Positions 54,705 through 64,000 of a stretch of 64,000 bases of DNA are shown here, one piece after another; position 1 is the first letter of the stretch, and every line of letters starts with the position of its first letter. The stretch is from Candidatus Woesearchaeota archaeon (lineage in GTDB: Archaea; Nanobdellota; Nanobdellia; Pacearchaeales; UBA284), in the NCBI GenBank assembly GCA_964396475.1, contig CAYNFE010000002.1, positions 40,306-104,305 of the forward strand. The letters are read 5' to 3'. The position numbers and the translations under genes are program-made. The notes under the pieces were generated by a model. The model ran no database searches. It was not told where the DNA came from and saw only the letters and a program-made list of their open reading frames with translations.

Positions 54705-57014
54705 ATGATAACAAAAGCTAATGATAAGTTTGTTAAGTTGAAAGTAATGGAAGCGCTTCAAGAAGATGCTTACAAAGGAATTGCAAGAATAGATACTATT
54801 ACTATGAAGCAACTTGGTGTAAGACCAGGAGATGTAATTATTATTTCTGGCTCAAGAGAAACCATTGCTATAGTTGACAGAGCTTATCCTGTAGATGTTG
54901 GTGAGAAAATTATTAGAGTTGATGGTATAATTAGAAGAAATGCTAAGACTGGAATAGGAGAAATTGTAAATGTAATGAAAGCTGATGTTAAAGAAGCTAA
55001 GAAAGTTATCATAGCTCCTGCACGAAAAGGAATAATGATCAGAGCAGGACCAGGAGCAATAGAAAATTTTAAGAGAGGATTGCTTGGAAGAGCAGTTATG
55101 CAAGGCGATCTTGTCGTTATCGGCGGAGCAAAAAGAAGACAAGAATTAATGGCTTCTAGCTTTGAAGACTTGTTTGATATTTTTGGAGAAGCTTTTGGTG
55201 GATCAGGTAATTTTGGATTTCCTGGTTTTGATAATAAATTTGCTGTGGCTAATACCAGTCCTAAACAACCTGTAATAATCACTGAAACAACTGAATTAAT
55301 TCTTAATCCTAAAGCTGTTGATATAATTGAAGAGAGAGATCTTGAAGTAACTTATGAAGATATTGGTGGTTTGAAAGAAGAAGTTGAGAAGATTAGAGAA
55401 ATGGTTGAATTGCCTTTAAAACATCCAGAAATTTTCTCAAGATTAGGAATTGAACCACCTAAGGGTGTGCTATTATTTGGACCTCCTGGTTGTGGTAAAA
55501 CTTTGTTAGCTAAGGCTGTTGCAACTGAAAGTGAGGCAAATTTTATCTTGCTGAATGGGCCAGAGATTATGAGTAAGTTTTATGGAGAGAGTGAGAAGAG
55601 AATCAGAGATTTATTTGATCAGGCTGAAAAAAATGCTCCAAGTATTATTTTTATTGATGAATTAGATGCAATTGCTTCAAAAAGAGATGAAAGTTTTGGA
55701 GAAGTTGAAAGAAGAGTTGTATCCCAACTTCTTACTTGTATGGATGGTCTAAAGACTAGGGGTAAAGTTGTTGTTATTGGAGCCACTAACATACCTAATT
55801 CTATTGATCCTGCATTGCGTAGACCAGGTAGATTTGATAGAGAAGTAGGTATTGGTGTGCCAGACAAGAAAGGTAGGTTAGAGATATTAAAAATTCATAC
55901 TAGAAATATGCCTCTCACAAAAGATGTTGATTTAAAAGAGTTTGCTGGAATAACTCATGGTTTTGTTGGAGCTGATTTATCTGCCCTATGCAAAGAGGCT
56001 GCCATGACTGTACTTAGAAGATTATTACCTAGAATAAAACTTAAAGAAGACGAACCAATTCCAAAAGACCTGCTTGACAAACTTAAAGTTACAAAAAAAG
56101 ATTTTAGAGAGGGATTGAAATTTGTACAGCCTAGTGCTATGAGAGAAGTTTTGGTTGAATCACCTAATGTTAGATGGGAAGATCTTGGTGGTTTAGAGAC
56201 AGCAAAACAAGAATTAAAAGAGGCTATAGAATGGCCATTGAAATATCCTGATTCATTCAAAAAAATTGGAATAAGTCCTCCTCAAGGAATCCTCCTTTAC
56301 GGGCCCCCAGGGACTGGTAAAACTCTCCTTGCGAAAGCAGTAGCTACAGAAAGCGAATCAAATTTCATACAGATAAAGGGCCCTTCACTCCTTAGCATGT
56401 GGGTGGGTAAGAGTGAAGAAGGAGTAAGGAAGATTTTTGAAAGAGCTAAACAGGTTGCTCCATGTATAATCTTTTTCGATGAGATAGATGCACTAGCTGG
56501 CAGAAGAGGAGTGGAGATGGGAACAAGAGTTACTGAGCGAGTTTTAAATCAATTGCTGGCAGAAATGGATGGTATTGAAAATTTACATGATATTGTTGTT
56601 ATTGGCGCAACAAATCGTCCAGACATGTTAGATCCAGCATTATTAAGACCAGGCAGGTTTGATAGGATTATTTATACTAGTGCTCCAAATGCATGGGAAA
56701 GATTAGAAATCTTTAAAGTTCATACAAAAAAAATGCCTCTTACTAGGGATGTTAACCTAAAATTATTAGCACAAAAAGCATCTAGTTATAGTGGGGCTGA
56801 TATTGAAGCAGTTTGCAGAGAGGCTGGAATGTTAGCTTTGAGAGAAAAAATCAATGCTAAAGAAGTAAAGAAGAAACATTTTGAACAGGCTATGAAAAAA
56901 TTTGGTGGCAGTATAACAGAAGAAGTAGTAAAGAGATATAAAGAAATAGAAAGAACTTATCTGAGAAGTGCTGGAGTAAATTTAGAAAAACCTAATCAGA
57001 GATATACTGGTTAA
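54705..57014 (+). CDS. cdc48: CDC48/VAT AAA+ ATPase
   Basis: N-domain; two AAA modules GPPGCGKT and [22 protein letters not shown] twice. Confidence 0.97.
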   Translation: MITKANDKFVKLKVMEALQEDAYKGIARIDTITMKQLGVRPGDVIIISGSRETIAIVDRAYPVDVGEKIIRVDGIIRRNAKTGIGEIVNVMKADVKEAKKVIIAPARKGIMIRAGPGAIENFKRGLLGRAVMQGDLVVIGGAKRRQELMASSFEDLFDIFGEAFGGSGNFGFPGFDNKFAVANTSPKQPVIITETTELILNPKAVDIIEERDLEVTYEDIGGLKEEVEKIREMVELPLKHPEIFSRLGIEPPKGVLLFGPPGCGKTLLAKAVATESEANFILLNGPEIMSKFYGESEKRIRDLFDQAEKNAPSIIFIDELDAIASKRDESFGEVERRVVSQLLTCMDGLKTRGKVVVIGATNIPNSIDPALRRPGRFDREVGIGVPDKKGRLEILKIHTRNMPLTKDVDLKEFAGITHGFVGADLSALCKEAAMTVLRRLLPRIKLKEDEPIPKDLLDKLKVTKKDFREGLKFVQPSAMREVLVESPNVRWEDLGGLETAKQELKEAIEWPLKYPDSFKKIGISPPQGILLYGPPGTGKTLLAKAVATESESNFIQIKGPSLLSMWVGKSEEGVRKIFERAKQVAPCIIFFDEIDALAGRRGVEMGTRVTERVLNQLLAEMDGIENLHDIVVIGATNRPDMLDPALLRPGRFDRIIYTSAPNAWERLEIFKVHTKKMPLTRDVNLKLLAQKASSYSGADIEAVCREAGMLALREKINAKEVKKKHFEQAMKKFGGSITEEVVKRYKEIERTYLRSAGVNLEKPNQRYTG

Positions 57015-57144
57015 GTTTATAGTGTGAATTAAATTCTTTTTTAATATCTTCTATGTTGACTTCTTTTTTCTCTGGTTTTTCTTTTCCATAAAAAAGTATG
57101 TATAATCTACATGCCATCTCATCTAACCACTTTGTAAGTCCCAT
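56992..57144 (-). CDS. small hypothetical protein (50 aa, MGLTKWLDEMACRLY...)
   Basis: Read manually; ATG 8 nt after the map stop; fills the intergenic gap. Confidence 0.4.
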   Translation of the reverse strand: MGLTKWLDEMACRLYILFYGKEKPEKKEVNIEDIKKEFNSHYKLNQYISD

Positions 57145-57152
57145 TTTATTTT

Positions 57153-58046
57153 TTATTCTCCTGTCAAAACCTCACAACCATCTTTAGTGATAAGAATAGT
57201 ATGTTCAGCCTGACTTACTGGGGCTTTTGTCTTCTCGATTAATTGATTAAAATGATGTAATGATCCTGATTGTTCTAATAATCTGAGAGAAAAAAGAGCA
57301 CGAGTTCCAAACTTTTTAACTAACCATCGCGAAGAGAAAGGTAATTCTTTATATTCTTCTTCAATAAATTCAAGAATTTTTCTAGCATTCATATCTCTGG
57401 TTGGTTCGTGAGCTGTTAATTTGTAGATTCCACTCTGTCTTCCATCCTGGACTATTCCTTCTCCACTTGTAGCAAATGGTTCTATTGCAAGAAGCATTCC
57501 TTCTTTTAATTTTGTGGTGTTACCATTATCATAATTTGGAATTGTTAAACCAGAATGAAGTTTCCAGGGTTTGAGCTCATGACCACTTAAATTTCTGACA
57601 GAAGCTAAATTATAAGTAGAGATAGTATCCTGAATTATTTTTCCAATCTCCATTAACATAATTCCAGGCCTAATTATTTTAATAGCTTCTTTAAGAGCAT
57701 ATTTAGATGCTAAAATAAGATCTTTGTATTTTTGTTCTGATGTTAAATCTAGAGAACAGGCCATATCTGAAATATAACCATTGATATTGACACCTAAATC
57801 TACTTTTATTAATCCAAAAGCTTTAGTTTCATCATTATGTAAAGGACTTGAGTGAGCCGCAATTTCATTTATACTTAGATTTATTGGAAAAGCATTTGTT
57901 GCCTTGAGATCAGAAATCTTTTTTTCCACTTTTTCTGCTATCTCAAGCAATGGCATTTCTGGCTTGACAATTTTTTTAGCATAAGCCATAACTTCTGCTC
58001 CAAGTTTACCAGCTTTTTTCCACTTTTCTAGTTCACTCTTTTCCAT
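57153..58046 (-). CDS. map: methionine aminopeptidase type II
   Basis: AAH, KVDLG, DMA, LSGH, LH, AIEPF, EHT. Confidence 0.95.
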   Translation of the reverse strand: MEKSELEKWKKAGKLGAEVMAYAKKIVKPEMPLLEIAEKVEKKISDLKATNAFPINLSINEIAAHSSPLHNDETKAFGLIKVDLGVNINGYISDMACSLDLTSEQKYKDLILASKYALKEAIKIIRPGIMLMEIGKIIQDTISTYNLASVRNLSGHELKPWKLHSGLTIPNYDNGNTTKLKEGMLLAIEPFATSGEGIVQDGRQSGIYKLTAHEPTRDMNARKILEFIEEEYKELPFSSRWLVKKFGTRALFSLRLLEQSGSLHHFNQLIEKTKAPVSQAEHTILITKDGCEVLTGE

Positions 58047-58093
58047 AAATATTAAAGAAATAAAAGATTTATAAAATTATAGAAAATTAGAAA

Positions 58094-59116
58094 TTAAGCA
58101 GTCCAGACTGTATTTCTTCCCATTTCTTTTGCTTTATAAAGAGCAGCATCGATTCTTTTAATAAATTGATCTCTTTTTTCTTTTTTCTTTCTCTTACCAA
58201 CCCCAAATGAAGCTGTAGTTGTTCTTTTTGCCTTCTCTGGATAAAAAGACTCAATTTCTTTTCTCATAGATTCAGCTAATTTTACTGCTTCTGCAAAACT
58301 TGAATTTATAATGATTGCAAATTCCTCTCCACCATAACGGCATGCTTTTGCTTTTTTTGCCTTCTTTTGTAAAGATTTTCCTAAATTAGCCAAAAGCTTG
58401 TCTCCTTCTACATGACCATATGTATCATTATAGCTTTTGAAAAAATCCAAATCAAGAATTATTAAAGATGGATGTTTGTTATTCTCAATTTCTTTTTCTA
58501 GCATTGTTATAAAATATCTTTTATTGTATAATCCTGTAAGTTCATCAACAATTGCTCTCTTAGCTTCTTTTCCATAAAGCTTGCTGTAAAGTTTGACAAT
58601 TTTCCTTTCTTTATCATCTGCTGTTTGCTTAAGTCTAGAATGTTGGATTGCTATAGCTGTCTGGACAGCGATAGCATTTAGAACCTTAAATGTATTAATT
58701 TTAAAATTTCTGTATTGTGCCATTATAATTATTGTTCCTATAGGACCAGAATAAGACATTAGTGGAGCAGAAATCATGCTTATCACTCCAAAATTTCTAA
58801 GTCTTGTATTAGGACGAGTTTGTTTTAGGAAGATTGGTGATGCATTTTTAATAGTATCTTCAGAAATAATTTTTAAAAGTTCTTCAAATTCTGGATGTAG
58901 ATTATCTTTTAAAGGACTTTTAATCTCAATTTTTTCTTTATTTTCAAGAGCCATAAAAACTAAAGCAACTCTTAATTCTTTATTAATAATCCTAACTACT
59001 TTTGTGATAAGTACATCTAAATTATCTGTAGAATTAATAGCTCTAGAGATTGTTTTTAGTATCCTAAGTTCTTTAGTTGTATGAACCAGTTTTCTGACTA
59101 CTTCTTCATTTGCCAT
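58094..59116 (-). CDS. GAF + GGDEF diguanylate cyclase
   Basis: DELTGLYNKR, LDLDFFKSYNDTYGHVEGD, RYGGEEF, TASFGV, D.ALY.AK..GRN. Confidence 0.93.
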   Translation of the reverse strand: MANEEVVRKLVHTTKELRILKTISRAINSTDNLDVLITKVVRIINKELRVALVFMALENKEKIEIKSPLKDNLHPEFEELLKIISEDTIKNASPIFLKQTRPNTRLRNFGVISMISAPLMSYSGPIGTIIIMAQYRNFKINTFKVLNAIAVQTAIAIQHSRLKQTADDKERKIVKLYSKLYGKEAKRAIVDELTGLYNKRYFITMLEKEIENNKHPSLIILDLDFFKSYNDTYGHVEGDKLLANLGKSLQKKAKKAKACRYGGEEFAIIINSSFAEAVKLAESMRKEIESFYPEKAKRTTTASFGVGKRKKKEKRDQFIKRIDAALYKAKEMGRNTVWTA

Positions 59117-59174
59117 GAAAACTAGAGGAAAAAAGAGTTTTTAAACTTTACGATTTGTCACCATTGTATAGTCA

Positions 59175-59624
59175 TCACAAAATCCTTCTCTCTTTCGGTA
59201 CGAAATTAAGTATCTTTTTTTCAGTAGCCTTACCACATCCAAGAATATCTAAGCCATTTCTAATAATAAAATACCCTCTAAATCCTGTAATTTTATCTAA
59301 ATCTTGGCCTTGAAGCCATTTTCTAGCTTCAGAGACATTCAAATCAATAACATTCTTAGCTTTCTGCCCAAATAAGATAGCAGAATCAAAACTAAGTCTA
59401 AATTCTGGAGTTTTGAAAAAAGCAAAATATAAACCAAAAGTATCTATAGTTAGAATTTTATCCAGAATTTTTAAATCTTGAGCACTAAGATTGCCTGTAA
59501 ACATTCTTATCTTATCTTTTCCTGCTTTGATAAGATGATATTTGAATGGAATTTTTATCCCATAATCTTTCTCAAGTAGATTTTCTATTTCTTTTCTTTT
59601 ATTTCTTTTTAGTATTTCTATCAT
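59175..59624 (-). CDS. PUA-like domain protein (RsmF C-terminal/Nip7-like)
   Basis: GLYF, FRLSFD, W..G.D, ILGCGK, LNFVPKERR; overlaps the m5C methyltransferase stop. Confidence 0.65.
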   Translation of the reverse strand: MIEILKRNKRKEIENLLEKDYGIKIPFKYHLIKAGKDKIRMFTGNLSAQDLKILDKILTIDTFGLYFAFFKTPEFRLSFDSAILFGQKAKNVIDLNVSEARKWLQGQDLDKITGFRGYFIIRNGLDILGCGKATEKKILNFVPKERRIL

Positions 59625-60565
59625 CTTATTTTCCTTAGCTTAGCTATAAAAAAACCTTCTGTGTCATTATCTTGAGGCCAGATTCTATGACAATTTTTTA
59701 TCTGTTCATCAAATTTTTGACCTTGCCATTCTGTAATTCCAGGACGGGTTTTTAGAGGTAATTTAATTTTTTCGATCTTAACATCAAAATTTTTTAGTGC
59801 ATAATCTATTACAGATTCATTTTCTTCTGGTGTAAGTGTACAAGTTGAATAAACTAATGTACCTTGAGGTTTTAGACATTCTATAGCATTTGAAATTAAT
59901 TTTTTTTGCAAAGCGCTTAATCTTTTAATCATATTAATATTCCACATTTTAAGAGTTAAAGGATCATCTCTGATTGTTCCCTCTCCTGAACATGGAGCAT
60001 CAACAAGAATTTTATCAAAAAAGAATCCAGATCTGGCTAGCTTCTTACATAATACAAGAGCATTCATTCTTGTGACTATTGTATTCATGATACCACATCT
60101 CTCAAGATTTGAAACTAAAGCCTTAAGTCTGTCTATTCTAACATCATTTGCTATTATTGTTCCTTGATTTTTCATTAACATGGCCATCTCTGTAGTCTTA
60201 CTCCCCGGAGCAGCACAACAATCAAGCACTATGTCTTGAGATTTAGGATCTAGAGCAAGAGGAGGCATCATACTTGAAAGTTCTTGTACATAATAATAAC
60301 CAAGTTTATGTTCGAGAGATTTTCCTAATTCTCCTGGTAAAAGTTTTGATTTTAAAACTATGGCTTCTGGAAAGTTCTTGCTCTTTAAGGGTTGTTCAAT
60401 CTTCCATCTCTTTTCAAGTCTTTTTTTCAGCTCAATTATAGACAGTTTTATTGTATTTGCACGAATAGAGCGTCGAAGAGGTTTCTTTGTATATTTAAAA
60501 AATAAGTCTGATTCAGAACCAAGCAAAGTCTTAATTCTCTCGGTAAAAAGCTGTTTTGGCTCCAT
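59621..60565 (-). CDS. NOL1/NOP2/Sun family RNA m5C methyltransferase
   Basis: YVQELSS, DCCAAPGSKT, DAPCSGEG, VYSTCT, ENE, EGFFIA. Confidence 0.95.
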   Translation of the reverse strand: MEPKQLFTERIKTLLGSESDLFFKYTKKPLRRSIRANTIKLSIIELKKRLEKRWKIEQPLKSKNFPEAIVLKSKLLPGELGKSLEHKLGYYYVQELSSMMPPLALDPKSQDIVLDCCAAPGSKTTEMAMLMKNQGTIIANDVRIDRLKALVSNLERCGIMNTIVTRMNALVLCKKLARSGFFFDKILVDAPCSGEGTIRDDPLTLKMWNINMIKRLSALQKKLISNAIECLKPQGTLVYSTCTLTPEENESVIDYALKNFDVKIEKIKLPLKTRPGITEWQGQKFDEQIKNCHRIWPQDNDTEGFFIAKLRKIR

Positions 60566-60615
60566 CTTTAGTCAAGGAGGTTAAAATTTATAAACCTTCT
60601 TTTCGTGGTTTATAG

Positions 60616-60849
60616 ATGAGAACAAGAACTTTAAATCAACTCATCGACGGATTGGAGAAGATAGGTGTAAGAGTAAAAAGAATTAACCCAACTCACGTAG
60701 CAGAACTCTATAAAGGAAAAAATTACCTAGGTAAGATTACAAAAAAAAGAGGAGTTCATGCAGTTAATTGGGGTAAAAAAGCCAAAATTTTACCTTACCA
60801 AGATATAGTTAGATTCATTGCTAGAAGTGGTTATGATATAAATTTTTAA
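60616..60849 (+). CDS. small basic protein, possibly HicA-like
   Basis: LI..LEK.G....R..TH...LP...I..I..SG pattern. Confidence 0.4.
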   Translation: MRTRTLNQLIDGLEKIGVRVKRINPTHVAELYKGKNYLGKITKKRGVHAVNWGKKAKILPYQDIVRFIARSGYDINF

Positions 60850-61088
60850 TCTTTTATTTTATCTTTTTTTTCTTTTCTTTTAATCTCATTTAGATCTATT
60901 TCAGGAAAAGAATAACCGCGATAGCCACAATCCATACATCTATAAACTGTGGGAAGGCCAAGAGCAGTAAGACCGCTGAGACCCCCTTGATGGCTTATCT
61001 GAACGTTGATACTCTGACATCTAGGACATATCTTTACATATTTTGGGCCTTGTTTCTTAGTCTTATTTTTTTTCTTGAATGGCCACAT
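60846..61088 (-). CDS. small zinc-ribbon protein
   Basis: CPRC.S...Y.CMDCGY. Confidence 0.75.
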   Translation of the reverse strand: MWPFKKKNKTKKQGPKYVKICPRCQSINVQISHQGGLSGLTALGLPTVYRCMDCGYRGYSFPEIDLNEIKRKEKKDKIKD

Positions 61089-61218
61089 GAAAAGATAAGA
61101 GAGAAGAGATTTAATAAATTAACTAAAAACCAGAAGCAAACAGAAAGCCATTTTTTATTAAAAAAATTTAAAAATTTCACTAGCATAATTTTAAAAATTA
61201 TGTCTGCTTTTCCTCAAT

Positions 61219-62721
61219 ATGGGTTTTTTAGATTTTTTTAAAATAAGGGAGAAAGAAGAGAAAGTTGAAAAAATAAAACTAGAGGATTTAGAAGGATGGA
61301 TTCTTGATAAAAAAGAAAAAGTTGAAAATAAAAAAAATATTGTTTCTAATTTAATTAAAGAAAAAATCATCCGGTTAATCCAAGAATTAAGAGAGGAAAT
61401 AGAAACTCTAGAAAAAATAGATTTAAAAGAAATGAAAGTAGAAGAAAAAACAAAATTTATAGTCAAAGAAAATCTAAATAGTTATATTAAATATCTTAGA
61501 GAACTAATAACAAATCTTAAAAACTTAGAAAATCAAAAATTTGATGACTTAATAGAAAAAATAAATTCAACTTTTTTTAATTTTAATAAAAAATCTTCAA
61601 TAAGTTTCCAAAAAGCAACCTTCTTAATAGGGGAAGAATTAGGTATGGTAAAAAAAAGCTTAAATTATTTTTTGAAAAACACTGATAATATCATTAAAAA
61701 AAATAAAAATTTAATTAATCTTTCTAAAACGATAGATTCTGCTGAAAATAATCTCAAAGAAATTAATGAAATCCAAAAATTTAAGTATGGGATTGAAGAC
61801 AATATTAAGGAACTTGAACAAAAAATAAATAATCTAAAAAACAAAACTGAAAAAGTAGAAGAAGAAATTGATAATATCAAACAAAGTAAAGAATATTTGA
61901 AAGAAAAAGAGAAAGAAAAAGAGATTGAGATAAAAAAAGAAGAGTTAAAAAAAAGAATTTTTGAATTAAGAGCGATGATAGATTTTAAATTTTTAGCTAA
62001 TGTTTTTCATAGCAATAAAAAAAAGATGGGTATTATAAAAGAATGCAAAGAAAATTTTCCAGAAAATTTTTTGACGAATCTTCAAAATAAAAAAACAAAA
62101 ATTATTGATTTACTTAAAGAAGCTAAAGCAAAAAATGAAGAAAAAGTGTTAAAAAAAATAAAAGAAATAGCTGAAAAAGAACAAGAGATAAACAAAAGCT
62201 CTTTTAAAAAAAATAAAATCAAAGAAATAAAAAATTTAAATTTTGAAATAAAAAATACAGAATCAAAAATTGAAGAATTAAGTTATAAAATAAATAAAGA
62301 GAAAAAGAAATATGAAAAGATTAAAAATGAAAAAGATATGTTAATAATTCTAATAAAAAACGAGCTTTTAGAAATAGGGATAGAATTAGAAATTGATGAA
62401 CAGCTTTCTTTAAATTCGGAAAATAAAAATTTAATTGAAACTAGAACTATTAAAATATTATTATTCACTTCATCAACTTGCCCACACTGTCCACAAGCAG
62501 AAAATGTTGTAAAAAAAGTTGCCCCTTATTATAAAGATAGATTACAATTTGAAAAGATTAGAATAAGAACTAATAAGGGAAAACAACTCTCTATTGAATT
62601 TAATATAATGTCAACTCCAACAATTTTAATATTAGTTGATGGAATTGAAAAAAAGAGAATTATTGGAGTACCAAGTGAAGATAATTTTAAAAATATGATT
62701 GAAAAAGAATTCTTGTCTTGA
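61219..62721 (+). CDS. coiled-coil protein fused to a C-terminal thioredoxin/glutaredoxin domain
   Basis: About 390 aa of K/E heptads, then LFTSSTCPHCP...STPT..I.G...IGVP. Confidence 0.8.
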   Translation: MGFLDFFKIREKEEKVEKIKLEDLEGWILDKKEKVENKKNIVSNLIKEKIIRLIQELREEIETLEKIDLKEMKVEEKTKFIVKENLNSYIKYLRELITNLKNLENQKFDDLIEKINSTFFNFNKKSSISFQKATFLIGEELGMVKKSLNYFLKNTDNIIKKNKNLINLSKTIDSAENNLKEINEIQKFKYGIEDNIKELEQKINNLKNKTEKVEEEIDNIKQSKEYLKEKEKEKEIEIKKEELKKRIFELRAMIDFKFLANVFHSNKKKMGIIKECKENFPENFLTNLQNKKTKIIDLLKEAKAKNEEKVLKKIKEIAEKEQEINKSSFKKNKIKEIKNLNFEIKNTESKIEELSYKINKEKKKYEKIKNEKDMLIILIKNELLEIGIELEIDEQLSLNSENKNLIETRTIKILLFTSSTCPHCPQAENVVKKVAPYYKDRLQFEKIRIRTNKGKQLSIEFNIMSTPTILILVDGIEKKRIIGVPSEDNFKNMIEKEFLS

Positions 62722-62859
62722 TAGGGGCACCGCTTAGTAGTAACAAATACAAATATTTATATAGTAAAAAAACATTCAGAGTAAGAGCATATGAGAGAGT
62801 GCTTGTTTTTTAAACATTTCGCTTTTTCTTAATAAGTGCTAATAATGAGGTAGAAATAA

Positions 62860-64000
62860 ATGAATATATTTGAAAAATTCGGATTAAGTAATACATTGCT
62901 TACAGCAATAAAGGGATTAGGAATTATTAAACCAACTCTAATTCAGGAGAAATCAATTCCATCAATTATGAGAGGTGAAGATGTGATAGGAGAATCTGCA
63001 ACTGGTTCAGGAAAAACACTAGCATTTGCCTGTGCTATTGTTGAACAAGTTATTCCAAAAAAAGGTTTACAAGCATTGATATTAACCCCTACTAGAGAGC
63101 TTGCAGAACAAGTAAAAAATGCATTAAAACAGTTTGCATTTCATAAAAATTTAAAGATTATTACTATTTATGGAGGTGTTTCAATTAATCCACAGATTCA
63201 TGGATTAGAATATGCAGATGTGGTTGTTGGAACCCCAGGGAGATTACTGGATCATCTTCAGCGAAGAACAATTAATACTTCAAAAATAAAGATTTTGGTT
63301 TTAGATGAAGCAGATCGTATGTTAGATATGGGATTTATTGATGATGTAGAAAGGATTATTAGGACTTGCCCAACTAAACGACAAACTTTATTTTTCTCAG
63401 CTACAATTTCAACAAGAATAAAGGAGTTAGCTAATAAATATATGAAAAAACCAATTAAAGTTTTAGTCAGAAATCAGGTTGATCCTAGTAAGCTTAAACA
63501 AGTTTATTATGATGTAGAAAAAAATATGAAGTTATCTTTACTTGTGCATTTATTAAAAAAAGAAAGATCAGGGCTGATTATGGTTTTTTGCAATACTAGG
63601 AGAACTACGGAGTTTGTTGTTAGAAATCTTAAAGCAAATAAAATTAGCGCAATTGCTATTCATGGTGGTTTGCCACAGAATAAACGAGCCAGAACAATTG
63701 AAATGTTTAATAACGCTAAAGTAAGAGTGTTAGTATGTACTGATGTTGCTGCACGAGGGCTGCACATTGCCAATGTTTCTCACATATATAATTATGACAT
63801 TCAAAAAGACCCAAAAGATTATATCCACAGGATAGGTAGAACAGCCAGAGCAGGAAAAGAGGGTATAGCAGTTAATCTTTTGTGCAATCATGATTATGAC
63901 AATTTTACACGATTACTTGATAATTATAGTAATTTTACAATCAAAAAAATGGATAAGATTCATGTAGAGAAAATAGTAATGGTCAGAAGTGATAACTGGA
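62860..64000 (+). CDS. DEAD-box RNA helicase (runs off the window end)
   Basis: Read manually: Q motif PTLIQ, ATGSGKT, PTRELA, TPGR, DEAD, SAT, TDVAARGL, HRIGRTARAG. Confidence 0.95.
   Translation, partial: MNIFEKFGLSNTLLTAIKGLGIIKPTLIQEKSIPSIMRGEDVIGESATGSGKTLAFACAIVEQVIPKKGLQALILTPTRELAEQVKNALKQFAFHKNLKIITIYGGVSINPQIHGLEYADVVVGTPGRLLDHLQRRTINTSKIKILVLDEADRMLDMGFIDDVERIIRTCPTKRQTLFFSATISTRIKELANKYMKKPIKVLVRNQVDPSKLKQVYYDVEKNMKLSLLVHLLKKERSGLIMVFCNTRRTTEFVVRNLKANKISAIAIHGGLPQNKRARTIEMFNNAKVRVLVCTDVAARGLHIANVSHIYNYDIQKDPKDYIHRIGRTARAGKEGIAVNLLCNHDYDNFTRLLDNYSNFTIKKMDKIHVEKIVMVRSDNW

Overview
AT-rich (about 30% GC by eye), densely coding chromosomal segment of a DPANN archaeon, most likely Pacearchaeota/Woesearchaeota-like. 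This is inferred from archaeal core genes (uS2, RNase HII, PolB, FEN1, RFC, RadB, TopA, CDC48, Elp3, type II MAP), TATA-type leaderless promoters, class III signal-peptide pilins and a BHB-intron tRNA. RNA genes are six tRNAs (Thr-CGT, Ser-GCT, iMet, Glu-TTC, intron-containing Ile-TAT, Leu-TAA), a decayed tRNA-Pro and an SRP RNA. Most notable: (1) six copies of an arm-spacer-arm site derived from the tRNA-Glu 3' end, in direct and inverted orientation around a two-gene cargo, resembling a tyrosine-recombinase cassette platform; (2) a PolB with the steric-gate Tyr and motif B Asn/Tyr replaced; (3) an SRP RNA with no helix 6; (4) an intact GAF-GGDEF cyclase; (5) bacterial-type envelope genes (LysM, M23 peptidase, LspA, T9SS-CTD protein); (6) an Elp3 + Trm9-like pair and tRNA-Ile(UAU); (7) a fixed-position upstream promoter motif. 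All calls come from reading motifs by eye; no searches were run.
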